Shown here one piece after another: positions 24,423 through 37,366 of a stretch of DNA of 64,000 nucleotides (positions within the stretch are counted from its first letter, which is position 1; the number at the start of each line of letters is the position of its first letter). The notes under the pieces were generated by a model that saw only the letters and a list, made by a program, of their open reading frames with translations, was not told where the DNA came from and did no database searches. Position numbers and translations under genes: made by a program. The stretch is from Octopus vulgaris (Eukaryota). The stretch is from assembly GCA_951406725.2 (NCBI GenBank), contig OX597815.1, positions 56,296,001 to 56,360,000 on the forward strand. Direction: 5' to 3'.

Positions 24423-24783
24423 CGATCTATTGCATTTCAATCTATTTTGGATTTAGGGTGAGAGTTAGGGTTAGGGTTAGGGTTAGGGGTGGGCGAAGGG
24501 TATCTTTTTTTCTTCACAAATGTAAATAAACCCAATCTGTTTCTTAAAGGAGGGACATATTCATTATGCACAGAATGTTATTTACCTAAATGGACACCAG
24601 CGATTGGTTAAAATTGCCAAAATTCTTGAAATTAAAGACGAAATATGTTACAACATATAGAATTTTCTCAATAAAGCCAAGAAAAAATGTTTTATAAACA
24701 CATTCTACTAGTATACGAAGTTTAAAAGTGTTTAGTTAACTAGAAATTGTGTTGAAAAGTGCCGTTCAAAAGGAAAAGATCCC
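24423..24783. mobile_element. MITE-like element containing interstitial TTAGGG repeats
   Basis: Imperfect terminal inverted repeats GATCT...AGATC; (TTAGGG)4 at 24465-24488. Confidence 0.5.
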
Positions 24784-25989
24784 TTATATGAAAATAAAGG
24801 TTATAATGCAATGGATATTTTAACATAAAATATTTGCAATTTTAGCCAAATTTAAGAAAATTAAGGGAAATTGAAAAAATTGAAAAAATCGATATTTCTA
24901 ATGCACAGCAAGGTTGTGAAATTATTATAGTCAAGGCTCATTTGAGCTTGACCCAACATTTTGTTGGGTCAAGCACTAAATGTGTTTGACCAATATATAT
25001 ATATATATATATATAGTAATAATGAGAACTTTTGGATGGAAATTCATAAATATTTTAATGCATTGCTGTGTACGTTTCCCCAAAGCACATGTTTTTTAGT
25101 GGCTGCATTGCCCATCCATAGGACACTACAGATATGATTTTCAATATCCACGGAGCCATTATTACATGTATTTGCTTCTTCAAGCAAAAATTACATTAGC
25201 GTTCTAGTTGTACTGAATGTTTAACTAAGGGATATTTACCAATTTACACAATCAGAAAGTTCTGTGAGGTTTATGGGTGATACCTGTGAATCTTATATAT
25301 TTTGTCTTAGATTGATATATAGAAACAATACGGGAGGGAGAATATAGGCAGCATTTTGCTTTGTATCTAGATTCGTGCAAGTAGGTGTGTTCAGATAGGA
25401 AAAAGAAAAGAGAGAAAGAATAAATAAGAGAAGGAAAAGAAGACAATAATGTTTTTATTTTAGTGTATATGTGTTGTGAGGTGGGGAGTGATTTAACCTC
25501 AACCTCAGCAGGCTGCTACATTAATGATTTTACAAGCTGTAATAACAAGGGAGCAAATTTTTTGTATAGATGTTATCAATTCAGGATTTCTGCTTCAGTG
25601 CCAGTTAAGGTGGAGAATAATATTATGTTGGTATCATTAAGTATTTCACAGCGTCACCTACTGTACTGTCAAATATTGTTCCTTAAAGGGGCATGTTATT
25701 TGTTAGTGATGCTACTATTTGTTCATTGATGGTGTTAGTTTTTCTGTAGAGCCAATATATTCATCTAGTATTATTTTCCTTGTATGTCCAATTACATAAT
25801 AATAAGCATTTACAGCACGGCTTATGCCAGAGTTCTTGATGTTTATGCTAAAATTTCCTTGTAGTAAATCCTATGCTGTATGTAAGGTCATTTTTCTTTA
25901 CTTCATTTGGTTTGATGTTTGGTTTGATGTTTAGTGTTTCTTTGTTTCATAATGCTTTGTTCCAGCCTGAAGAAAGATTTCTTTTTATT

Positions 25990-26730
25990 TATATCTAGAC
26001 AATACAACCACTCCAGAGTGTCTATTAATTACATCTTCCTTGGAGATAATAATTTCCAGTGTTTCCTCCAGACATAGTTTGGCGTTTTTTAACATAGACC
26101 ACTTAGTTGTGTGTTCCACTTTATTTCATTTTAATCTCCAGAGGTTAACTAAGGAAGAGCAGTGACTTTTATTTTTATCCGAAAATGACACAAGATGATT
26201 TCTCAGACAGCTTTTCATCATGTCCAATGTCCAACCAATGTACACATATTTTAGTGCACTTGCCTTCACTTCATATTTATAAATCACACTCCTCATGCAG
26301 TTGTTTTCAAATTTGCATTCGTTTCTCTGTCTGTGGTTACATGTTGCTATGTTGTTTTTAGTTTTGTTTTCATGTTCCACATCATCACTTATATTGTGCA
26401 GATTGGGGTTTAACTGTGTGTTTTGCTTATTATTGGAGTTATTATTGCCACTTTTTGTCTTTCTTCTACTGTTATGGTCTCATTGTCTCAGGTTTGAACT
26501 TCACTGTTAATGATGTATTATTTGGACCCACGTTTGTTTTTATAGAGTATTTACTATTTATCTTCTTATCCATTCTCTTGCTGCTTATTCTATTTTGATC
26601 TACCATTTTTCTGTTTCCACATTCTAGCTTTTTGTTATTTAATTTATATATATGATATTCTAGTATATGTGATGTTGCATACACTAATTTCATGCTATGC
26701 CTGTTGAAGATTTTATGCTGTCATCCTCTG
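25990..26730 (-). mobile_element. Degraded PLE linker and GIY-YIG fragment
   Basis: KLVYATS...CNHRQRNECKFENNC..SVIYKYEV...YVYIGWT...NHLVSF. Confidence 0.75.
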
Positions 26731-26734
26731 ATGT

Positions 26735-28100
26735 AAATATTAAGGTGACTCTTAATCTTCCTACTTTGTAAGACAGTACCCCACTTAATATTGACTATTC
26801 TAAATCATATTTAGTTTTGTTGTCCCTAAGGTACCAAATTAGCTTAATAAAGTGATGCTGAGCTTTATTTATTTATAAGCCTAAACAATGAGAGATGGTT
26901 ATAAAAACAAAGTTTGAAAGCCGTTGTGCAACATCCTAAGTAGTTATAAACATTATTATCTGTAACGACTGAACATTTATGCACTGTTCTTCTCAAGGCA
27001 TTGTTTATTTAATGGACATTTATTCTAATCTCTACAATTACAATTATTTTTGCTTTATCATTACTTTTATTGTTAAGATTCTTCTTCTTATTATTATTAT
27101 TATCATTATTATTATTAATAATAATCCTGTAGTTATTGTTTCTGTTGTTATTGTTGTTGTAATTCTTCTTACCATTGTTGATGCTGTAGCTCCTGCTCCT
27201 GTTGTTATTATACCTTTTGTTATTCCTATTTTGTATATTATTAATCTTATCATTTTTAGCTTCAGCTTTTCCTTTTATAATTTCTACCAGCATCACCAAT
27301 GTCTGTATCCCTAATATTTCTCTTACTGTTATAACTTTCATTACCATGCTTATCATCATCATTTATTGCAGGCTTCAGTACATTTGGTGTTATTAGTATT
27401 TTTATTATTATCATTCACATGTTAAGTATTGCTAATATTTCTGTTTATGCTGTTTTTATAGTTAGTATCACTATTCTTATTATTATTGTTATTTCACTTC
27501 TTATTGTCATTGTTGCTATTAATATTATTATTGATATCATTATTTTTATTATCTTTAGTCTCATTATTGCTATTGCTGTCCTTAACATCATTCTTAATCA
27601 ATGTGTGCTTATTATTTGTATCGCTACCATTACCATTACTATCATTGTTATTTTTACAATTATCATTATTTTCATTATTATCATCATCATCATTACTATC
27701 GCTTATATCCTTTATATTGTTATTGTTAACATTATTTTTCCAAACATCATAGTTAGGCTTTTTATTTCTGCTTGAGTCTGTTCAACTATTGTGAGATGTT
27801 ATTACTTGAACCAGGTTCTTAGTTGTGGTGTACACAATCTTTACTGAGTGCTTGTTAAACGATCTCCCATATCAGCTCAATGGAGAGAAATACTTCTCAA
27901 AGGTCATGAAGAATTTCCTCAAGATGTTTGTTTGAATTTGGACCCCAAAAGGGACATTGTACCAGACTACTAGTTTGGATTTATCTTTCATATTCTTATA
28001 GTAAGCATATTCCACACTATTCTTCTTCCCTATATTGTCTAGTTTTGGTCTGCTCCCATCAATTGAGTAATTGAGTAAACAGAACCATAAATGCACCTAA
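26735..28100 (-). mobile_element. Second degraded PLE fragment with an Asn-rich low-complexity linker
   Basis: VWYNVPFG..TNILRKF..KYF, FNKHSVKIVYTTTKNL, then a (AAT)n-like tract, then CPLNKQCL..VHKCSV..YLGCC..NH..IWYLRD. Confidence 0.7.
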
Positions 28101-28399
28101 AATGCATATCAGTACCAGTTGTAAGTCTATAATGCAGAAATTATTTATGCCCATTATTTATGCCATTTCTTATATATCACTCAGTGAAAATGGATTTAGT
28201 AAGTCAGAATTACCAGGAGTTCTGTACCAATTAAAAAAACCTTTTGTTAGTCTGGTGTATTTGTATTAGCAGAGAACTAAAGAAATATTTTGCCTGGATT
28301 GATAATAATATTCTTTACACACACGCATGCACATGCATGCATGCATGCACACATGCACGCAAGCTCGCACGCATGCACACACACACACACACACACAGG

Positions 28400-28990
28400 G
28401 CATTCAGGATAAAATTGACGATTTTTACGTCTCCTTTTTACAGAAACAGCTTGGTGTATTTATGAACAGTAAATAGCATTGGAGAGCATAAAGGTTAAAG
28501 TTGTAGTTGAGAAAACGTTAACTGACATGGAGGACCAGAAACTATTTGAATATTAGAAAACAGTTACCTGTATCATGATGATTTGAGCCAGGTGTTAAAA
28601 ATGCTGACATTATGACTGATGCTCAATGCTCTGTGAACAAAAGTTTGTAAGATATGATATGGACATCTGTAATGGAGACTACAAAGCTGTGACAAGCAGG
28701 AGGGGCACAACAGGTGTTCTGACTGTGTCTATACAGCAGAATTCATCCAACAGCTGATGAACAGGGCTTTGGCTCTATTCAAACAGCTATATGAAGCTGT
28801 TGGAGATCATAGTCAAACCTGTCATGAGATGGTTGCTGCTGGAAGGCCATGTGTGGCAGCAGGATTCAGTTTATTGGAATACCTCTGGAAAGAGTCAGGA
28901 GTGGTTGACAAAGAATCGCTATGGCTTCAGCCCCAATTTCTGGCCTCTCTTCTGAGACTGTGGCACACCTTTTGCCCCTTATAATATATT
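28400..28990 (+). mobile_element. Deleted/degraded mariner-like element related to 15990-16765
   Basis: Similar VAAGRP.V.QQDS and FWP remnants. Confidence 0.5.
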
Positions 28991-29564
28991 TTTTATGTGC
29001 CCATATGAGCCTTAAACATTTTTTAATTATTTGCTGATTCATGTTTTCGAGTTTTCTTGTTTTCAAATTGATTGTCTTGTATATGATTGTTTTCTTGTTA
29101 ATGTTTCCTAAAATGTGATGCAGTGTGTTTAAGTTTATTGTGTTCCCCTCCTTAGATAAAAGGTGCCTTGTTTCCATTAACTGTTGATGTGTAAAAGAAA
29201 CAATTTGTTTTCTTTGCCTCAAAACTGAAGCAAAGTTACTATTCATGTTGTTGCTGTTGGTGTTGGTAGTGGTGGTAGTAGATTTAGTCATTTTCTAAGT
29301 GAAAATGACAAAAAAAAAAAATGCCAAAGAAAATTTAAAGTTTTGAAAATTCACCCTCAAGGGGTGAATTTCCCATTAAAAGATTTGCTTAGGTCAAAGC
29401 AGATATTAAACATATCTTTGACAAAAAATGTTTAAAAACAAACAGTTCTTCATATACAAATAAATCAAACTTATAAGGAGCTAATTTGTTAACAATCTAT
29501 TCACATACATACTATGGGTAAATAGGTAAGTATGTATGTAGGTAGGTCGGTAGGTAGATGGATG

Positions 29565-29565
<1 letters not shown>

Positions 29566-29647
<82 letters not shown>
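29566..29647. repeat. (GATA)n microsatellite
   Basis: Directly visible. Confidence 0.95.
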
Positions 29648-29799
29648 CTGCAGATTTACCCTTACTTCATGTCCTTAATCACCTTATCTACTATGCAGCT
29701 GTCAACTTGAATTGCTGGTCCTACTGTAGGGTCAGCACAAATTAACCCCTCTTTAGCTCATTCATTCCTCCCATTTAACAGCCTGGCATTTCCTATTTC

Positions 29800-32700
29800 A
29801 TTAAGTTTTTATTTCGAACCTCGCTCTGCCATAGAGAATTCTCCCTTGTGGCATCTCCCCTCTCTCTCTCTCTTTCTCCCCCTTCGATCTACCATCTAAC
29901 TCACCAATCGTACCCCCCCCCCAATCCCTAATCTCTATATAAACCAGCGTTTGCTCTGTTTCTGCCCCTACTCGATTCTCATTGCTTCGGATGATAAACT
30001 CGGATTTCAGAAATGTGCAGCTAAGATATTTTGACTCTAACCTAGTTCATTACTGTTATGCGTTGATCTGTATTATTTATCTCTCTATCTTCTCCCTCCC
30101 TATATTTTTGATCTCTCTCTCTTGTAAACATGATGCCGCTAGCTTCCTATTTGTCTTTAGACGATGCATTTTCTATATTTCCTCCTTTATTTCAGGGTTG
30201 TCCTTTCTTCCCAAATTCCCTAAAAATTTTGGCATTTGCTCCTTTCGCGGTACGCCCGCCCTCCCACCCCCTCCACCAAAACCGGAAGTTAGTACCTCTG
30301 TCTACTTGTGCATACCCCCTCCCACAAACACTCACCCACACCCCTATTGTAGGGCTTATTCGATCATATAGCGCAAAAACTGTAGTGTATGAAGGTTTGT
30401 AGTCTAGTGTTCCTTTATGAAATCTGCCAATCGCAAGTCTTCTTTTCAGGTACATGACACTTCTGTCCCTCATCCCAGGGTCCCACAGGCCCACACCTCC
30501 CACACCCTCAGAGTTGGCACACTCAATGTTGGCACATTGAAAGGTAGGTCTGGTGAGATTGTCGAGCTGCTTGAACGGAGACGTGTGGATTTGTGCTGCA
30601 TCCAAGAAGTAAGGTGGAGAGGAGGCTCCGCTAGGTTCCTCACAGGCAAAGAATACAGGTACAAGATTTTCTGGGCAGGGAACACTGACGGGGTCAGGGG
30701 CCTGGGAATACTTCTTGCAGAGAAATGGGTTGATAAGGTAGTCGAGGTAGTCAGAGTATGTGGCAGAATACTTAAGATTAGATTAGTGCTTTATCATAGG
30801 TCGGCAACCATTATCTCGGCATACGCCCCTCAGCCGGGGCTACCAGAAGGCCAGAATGACCAATTCTATGACACCCTATTACAGACTACCTCGTTGACAA
30901 ATGACAGTGACCTTCTCTTCGTGGCAGGTGACTTCAATGGACATGTTGGACGGCATGTCGGGGGCTTCCATGGCATACACGGGGGCTACAGTTTTGGTTC
31001 TCGCAATGAGGAGGGAACCAGGCTGCTGGAGTTCTGCGATGCAAATGACCTTATGATTTGCAATACCAACTTCAGGAAACCCACCTCTCACCTAGTCACC
31101 TACCATTCTGGCAGACACTAGCCAGATCGACTACATCCTCGCCAGAAAGAGGGAAAGAGGGCTACTTATAAATGCCAAAACATTTCCAGGCGAGGAATGT
31201 ACTCCTCAACATAGATTAGTAGTTAGCGACTTCAGGATCAGGGCCAAATGGCTGCCCAGAAGAAGACCAGCTCGGAGGAGAAGGGTCTGGAAACTTAAAG
31301 ATCCTGCAAATGGACGGAGATTTAGAGAAGTCCTACTCAAAGCTTTCGACGAAATAGAAGGGGATATAGCATCACATAATGTGGAAGCCAATTGGAGGTT
31401 TCTACGGGACAATCTGCTGAGAGCCACTGACCAGATCTGTGGATGGAGCAAAGTCCCATCTCGTCCCAGGGTAATGTGGTGGTGGAACAATGTTGTAGAC
31501 AGGGCTATTAGAGACAAGAGACAGGCTTGGAAGGACTGGTGGAATGGCAGTAGTAGGGAATTGTATCAGAATGCGAAAAGAGAAGCTAGGAGACAGGTAT
31601 ATTTAGCCAGAGGGGAAGCAGATAAGAAAAATATTTGCCAATGTTCTGTGTCGTGAGGACCAAAGACTTGAGGTATTTCGTATAGCAAGACAGTGTGTGA
31701 GAGAGAATCATGACGTGGTAGGAGAAAAATGTGTTCGCATGGATGATGGTTCACTTGCGCTAAATGAGGAAGCAAAGAGAGAGGTTTGGAGATGCCACTA
31801 TGAAAGGTTGCTCAACAAAGAGAATGAATGGGATAAAGAGAGTCTGCCGAATGTCGATCCAACAGAGGGACCAGCTATCCGAGTTGACAGTTCCATGGTA
31901 GTTAAGGCAATTAGAAGCATGAAGACAGGGAAAGCCCCAGGCCCATCAGGAATTACTGCTGAGATGCTCAAAATATCTGGCAGTGTCGGCTATAGCCTAG
32001 TCACCCGTATAGTTAACCAGGTGATACACGAAGGAGTCATACCCAATGACTGGTGTAGTAGCATAATAGTCAACTGCTACAAAGGTAAAGGTGACACCCT
32101 AGATACAAGTAATTACAGAGGTATCAAACTGTTGGATCAGGTAATGAAGGTTACGGAAAGGGTCATAGCCCAACTGATTAGAGAGAGAGTCAACCTGGAC
32201 GAGATGCAGTTTGGTTTCGTGCCAGGGAAAAGCACCACCGATGCCATATTTCTGGTGAGACAGCTGCAGGAGAAATACCTAGCCAAAGATAAAACTCTGT
32301 ATCTGGCTTGCGTTGACTTGGAGAAAGCCTTTGACAGGGTCCCCCGTTCCCTTATCTGGTGGTCAATGAGGAAACTAGGGATAGATGAATGGTTAGTGAG
32401 AGCTGTGCGTGCCATGTACAGGGACGCTGTTAGTAAGGTGAGGGTTGACAACGAGTACAGTGAAGAATTCCGGGTGGAGGTTGGAGTCCACCAAGGCTCA
32501 GTCCTCAGCCCCCTCCTATTTATCATAGTCCTCCAGGCAATAACGGAGGAATTCAAGACAGGATGCCCCTGGGAGCTCCTCTATATTGATGACCTTGCTC
32601 TAATTGCTGAATCACTATCAGAACTGGAAGAGAAGTTTCAGGTGTGGAAGCAAGGATAAGAATTGAACGGCCTTAGAGTCAATCTAGCTAAAACCAAAGT

Positions 32701-34021
32701 CTTAATAAGTAGGAAGGTAGACAAATCTCAAACGCCTTCAGGTAGATGGCCCTGCTTGATCTGTAGAAAAGGCGTAGGTAGGAACTCTATAAGATGCACC
32801 AAGTGTAAGCTATGGACACATAAGAGGTGCAGCAATGTCAAAGGAAGGCTAACTAGGAATATAGTTTTTGTATGTGGCAGATGCTCTGGTGTAATAAACA
32901 CTGAAAATGTGCAGAGACCGTCATTCCAGGGAGAAAAACTAGAAATAGTTGATAGTTTCCGTTACCTAGGTGATCAAGTCAGTAGTGGGGGTGGGTGTGC
33001 CGAAAGTGTAACTGCTAGAGTAAGAAAAGCCTTACCTCTGCTGGTGACAAAAGGCCTCTTGCTCAGAGTAAAAGGCAGACTGTATGACGCATGTGTACGA
33101 ACAGCCATGCTACATGGCAGTGAAACATGGGCCGTGACTGCTGAGGATATGCGTAAGATCACAAGAAACGAAGCCAGTATGCTCCGATGGATGTGTAATG
33201 TCAGTGTTCATACCCGACAGAGTGCCTTGAGAGAAAAGTTGAACCTAAGAAGCATCAGATGTGGTGTGCAAGAGAGACGTTTGCGCTAGTATGGACACGT
33301 GGTAAGAATGGATGAAGATAGTTGTGTGAAAAAGTGCCACACCCTAGCGGTTGAGGGAACCTGTGGAAGAGGTAGACCCAGGAAAGCCTGGGAGGAGGTG
33401 GTGAAACACGACCTTTGCTCTTTAGGTCTCACCAAGGAAATGACCAGAGACCGAGACCTTTGGAAGTATGCTGTGCGTGAGTAGACCCGGCAGGACAAGT
33501 GAGGCCATAACCCGTGGCCCCTACCTGGGACGTAGTCAGTCCACCTGTGCATACCTTCCTTCTTGGGACTTATAACTCTACTTGTGAAGACCTGTTGAGG
33601 CAAGTGAAAATCAAAATCGAAATCGATCCACATCAATGGAATTTGTAGTTTGTGGTACCAGTGCTGGTGGCACATAAGAGAACCTTCCGAACGTGGCCGT
33701 AGCCAGCACCGCATCGACTGGCCTCCATGCTGGTGGCACATAACAAACACCATCCGATCGTGGCTGTGCCCGCCTCGCCTAACCTCCGTGCCGGTGGCAC
33801 ATAAAAAACACCATCCGAGCATGGCCGTTCGCCAGCCTCATCTGGCACCTGTGTCGGTGGCACATAAAAAGCACCCACTACACTCACAGAGTGGTTGGCA
33901 TCCAGGTGTAGAAACACCGCCAGATCTGACTGGCCTGGTGCAGCTTTCGGGTTTCCCAGATTCCAGTTGAACCGTCCAACCCATGCTAGCATGGAAAGCG
34001 GACGTTAAACGATGATGATGA
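29800..34021 (+). mobile_element. Near full-length RTE-clade LINE (APE + RT + PHD finger), inactivated by stops and frameshifts; coding region 30417-33484
   Basis: LRVGTLNV, CIQEVRW, AYAPQ, GDFNGHVG, KAPGPSGI, QFGFVPG, DLEKAFDRV, GVHQGSVLSPLLF, YIDD, FRYLG, RGRPRK; (GAT)n tail; 5' boundary approximate. Confidence 0.95.
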
Positions 34022-34043
34022 TATATATATATATATATATATA

Positions 34044-35308
34044 TCAGGCTGAGTAAGCAATGTTTTGAAACATGAAATTCATCACAATATATTTCAACAA
34101 TGCAAAAATTTTATTCATCAAAGTACCATTACAATCATCACATTTTTGCCAAGTTACAAGTTTGTTTATTCTGATAACATAACAATCTGGAGTTCTGGAG
34201 CTGATAAACTCTTTGAATGCACTTTCAGCATCGGTTTGATTTTTTAATTCCTTCTCTCTCAGGAACCCATCAAGGTGCTTGAAAAAGTGGTAGTCAGTAG
34301 GAGAAAGTTCTGGGGGATAAGCTGGATGGGGAAGAACTTTGTAGCCAAGTTCACTCAACTTCTGGAGCATCATTAGTGACATGCATGGTTGAGCATCCAT
34401 AAGAATGATTGGCCCTCTTCTATTGACCAGTCTGGGATGGAAGAGTAGCAGTTTTTTGTTCATTTTGGCAATTTCATGGCAATATGTTTCTGCAGTAATG
34501 GTTTTTCCAGGTTTTAAGAAGTTATAGTGGATGAGTCCAGCAGTACACCACCAAACAATCACAATAACCATTTTTCTGAAGAGCTCAGGTTTAGGGAAGG
34601 TTTTCGGTGCTTCATTTTGGTCCAAGCATTGCGAAGAACATTTTTTATTATTGTACAGAATCTACTTTTCATTGCAAATTACAATACGGTTGAGAAATGG
34701 ATTGGTCTAGTTACATAGAAGTGACAAGTAAATTTCATATCTGTGCATTTTCTGATTTTCGTTCAAATTATATGGTACACATTTGTTGTGCTTTTTTGAT
34801 TTTCCAATCACATACAAATGATTGCAAGCAGTTTTCTGGCCAACTTGAAGTTCTTTTGCCAGTTCTCGAGTTGTTTTACATGGTACTTTCTCAATGACGG
34901 TCTTTGATTGACTGTCATTGATGACAGATGGGCGTCCACTACACTCACAAACTTCAAGGCTCAGGTCTCCACTGTGAAATCGTTTAAACCATTTTCGAAC
35001 TGACCACTTACTGGTCGTTTCCTCACCAAACATTTCATTGATATCGCAAGCAGTTTCAGCTGCTTTACATCCACTTTTGAAGTTGAATAGCAAAACTGCT
35101 TAAATATCGCACTTTGACAGTTCCATTTCAGATGATTGTAACAACAGTGGAAACTGTATCAATGTTAATTTATTGATGCATTTGGGCAAGTCTATGTCTA
35201 TATTATCAGACAATTGCAAAAAAATGTTTAAGAAAAATTTAAAACTCTACAAAAATCCATACAAATTCTTCATGGTTCAAAACGTTGCTTACTTTTTACT
35301 CAACTTGA
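34044..35308 (-). mobile_element. Mariner transposon, degraded, with terminal inverted repeats and TA flanks
   Basis: HTH VRKWFKRF..GD...SGRP; HPAYPPELSPTDYHFF; ends TCAGGCTGAGTAA / TTACTCAACTTGA. Confidence 0.9.
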
Positions 35309-36039
35309 TATCTATATTGTAATGGAGAAAGCTGCTTATTAATTAGGTATGTAACAATTACTAAAAGTATTAGAAGAAAGCAATATTAAAAGCTTGACCA
35401 TTTGGAAATATTTTTACAAATTCATCTTCTAAGAAATTGCCTAAAATTTTGATTTATGAAGCTTATTGAATTTTTTAAACTCCAAATTCTCGCAAATTTA
35501 ATATTCATTGCATTCACTGCATTCAGTTCTTCATAAAATTAAATATTCATTGCATTCACAGCAGAGTAGATTTTAATGTTTAATAATAAACACTATTAAT
35601 TTGTTGCAGGCAACATTTTATGTTTTTATTTGCAACAGTCTCTCATTCTCACTTGCCTCTATTTTCATTAATAATATTTTAATAATAGCTATATAACTTT
35701 GATACAAGACACAATTTCAAGAATATTATCAGTTTCCGGAGTTTGTTAAATGAAAATTTTTGATAAAATGAAAATTCTGTAATATACCGGTATAATTTTT
35801 GTTTTTTAAATGAACTGATTTTGTTGATATGGCTACAAATAACTATGTGATCGCTGCTATTTCTAGCACACTAAACACGATAGTTTTTTGATAGCTTTCA
35901 TTTATAAATAAAGCACAATGGCAGTGAGAAAGACAGGCAACTGAATCAGATGAAACCAGGGCAAAGCAACTGAAGCAGATGCCTGAATATGCACAGAGAT
36001 GTAGACATGATTCTGTTTCTGCTACACATGACTGACTGG

Positions 36040-36340
36040 TTAGGTTATCTTGAGAGGATAATATTCTACTTCAAAATAATGGTGTTAGATCACAAATTGT
36101 TGATGTAACACTAAAGAGATCCTTTCTTTGCGATCATGTGGAAGTAGTGGAGTTGACAACTAATCTAAGACTTCTTACAGAAGGTCATTCTGATGAAAGA
36201 GAGTTTGCTAGTTACCTTCCTGATGTAGGAAATGGTAACATTTCTGTTGAACAAAGTTTAGGTGAATTCAAAATCAAACTACCCAATAACCCTTGCCTTT
36301 CAGATCTATGTGGTTTTGTATATACTGACCTCAAAAGCAG
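36040..36340 (+). mobile_element. Helitron RepHel PIF1-helicase fragment
   Basis: HVEVVELTTNLRL..EREFASYL.DVGNG..KIKLP..LCGFVY. Confidence 0.65.
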
Positions 36341-37172
36341 CAAAGGGGTAGGTAGCAGTGATGAATCCAGCAATGGATCAAGTTTGCCACCCAAAAAGAC
36401 AAGATGAGTTCCCACGTTTTCCAAGTATCAAATTTCACTTACAAACTTTTGGTTGATTTGAGGCTATACAAAAGTATTGTCTCTTCTCTCTGTCTTTTCA
36501 GTTGCTATTTTAGTGGTGTCTACTTCTTGGAAATGGTTGATCTTATGTCATATCCACCCCCAATTCACTTGTCTCTTTTCTTCTTGTCATCTATATTGTG
36601 TCTACTTCCTGACCCTGCTCTGTCACTACTGCTAATTCTTCAGGAAGTATCTCTCTGCACATGTTTTTCTTGCAGCTAGTGCAGCTACATTAATTTTACT
36701 GATTTCAGAGGCCAGCAAAAACCACTGGAAGAGCCGCTTCCACCAGTTGAAACCAAACAAAAAATATAACTTTATTTCTCAGTTTGCCTTATCTTATAAA
36801 TAAGTAGTTATCTTATAATGAGTTTTCTGAGTGTGCAATGTGTTTAAGAAGTGTGGAATATTTGGCTTGGTGATTGATAAATGCTTTTTCATTTCTTCTG
36901 AAAATGAAATATCAAAGAAATTTCTGTAAAAAATAGTTCTCACAAAGTAATTTATAGTGTCTAAGTTACAATTTCCTGAGAGATAGGAGTGGGAGATAAG
37001 ATTGACAAGAACATGGCAATGTTGGATGCCAACACCTACAGAACAACTCACACTAATATGATCCATAATAGTTCCAGATATTTTACACATTGTAATAAAC
37101 CTATTCTAGAGAAATTACAAAAGTAAAATAGAAAAGAGATAATACTGATATTTTTCATGTTATATTTTTCAG

Positions 37173-37366
37173 GTTGGCAGCAATGTGCAAAAGATAAATA
37201 TTGTTCTTCCAAGTGCATCCACAATTACATGAATAAATATATTTACAAATGTTTTGAACCAAATTGCCTTAACTTTGCTCGGTTACACCATGGCGGTCCA
37301 TCAGGTTGTTCTAATCCAAACACGTTACTATTTGCTCTGAGGGTAAATAAATGTTCAGAGAGTTAA
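37173..37366 (+). CDS. i-type lysozyme coding exon 4 (joined CDS 429 nt, 142 aa)
   Basis: ttttcag|GT WQQCAKDKYCSSKCIHNYMNKY...CLNFARLHHGGPSGC...stop; AATAAA at 37365 and 37582. Confidence 0.92.

Noticed and set aside
24453-24488. True telomere or chromosome fusion site
   Set aside because: Only about five units, single orientation, intronic
26979-27775. Multi-pass membrane protein ORFs (Ile/Leu-rich)
   Set aside because: Translation of (ATT)n low-complexity DNA
33655-33885. Repeat-spacer pattern as CRISPR
   Set aside because: Degenerate repeats within a LINE 3' UTR, present in each LINE copy
37157-37172. ATG of the 69-aa ORF as a gene start
   Set aside because: Lies in the polypyrimidine tract of lysozyme exon 4
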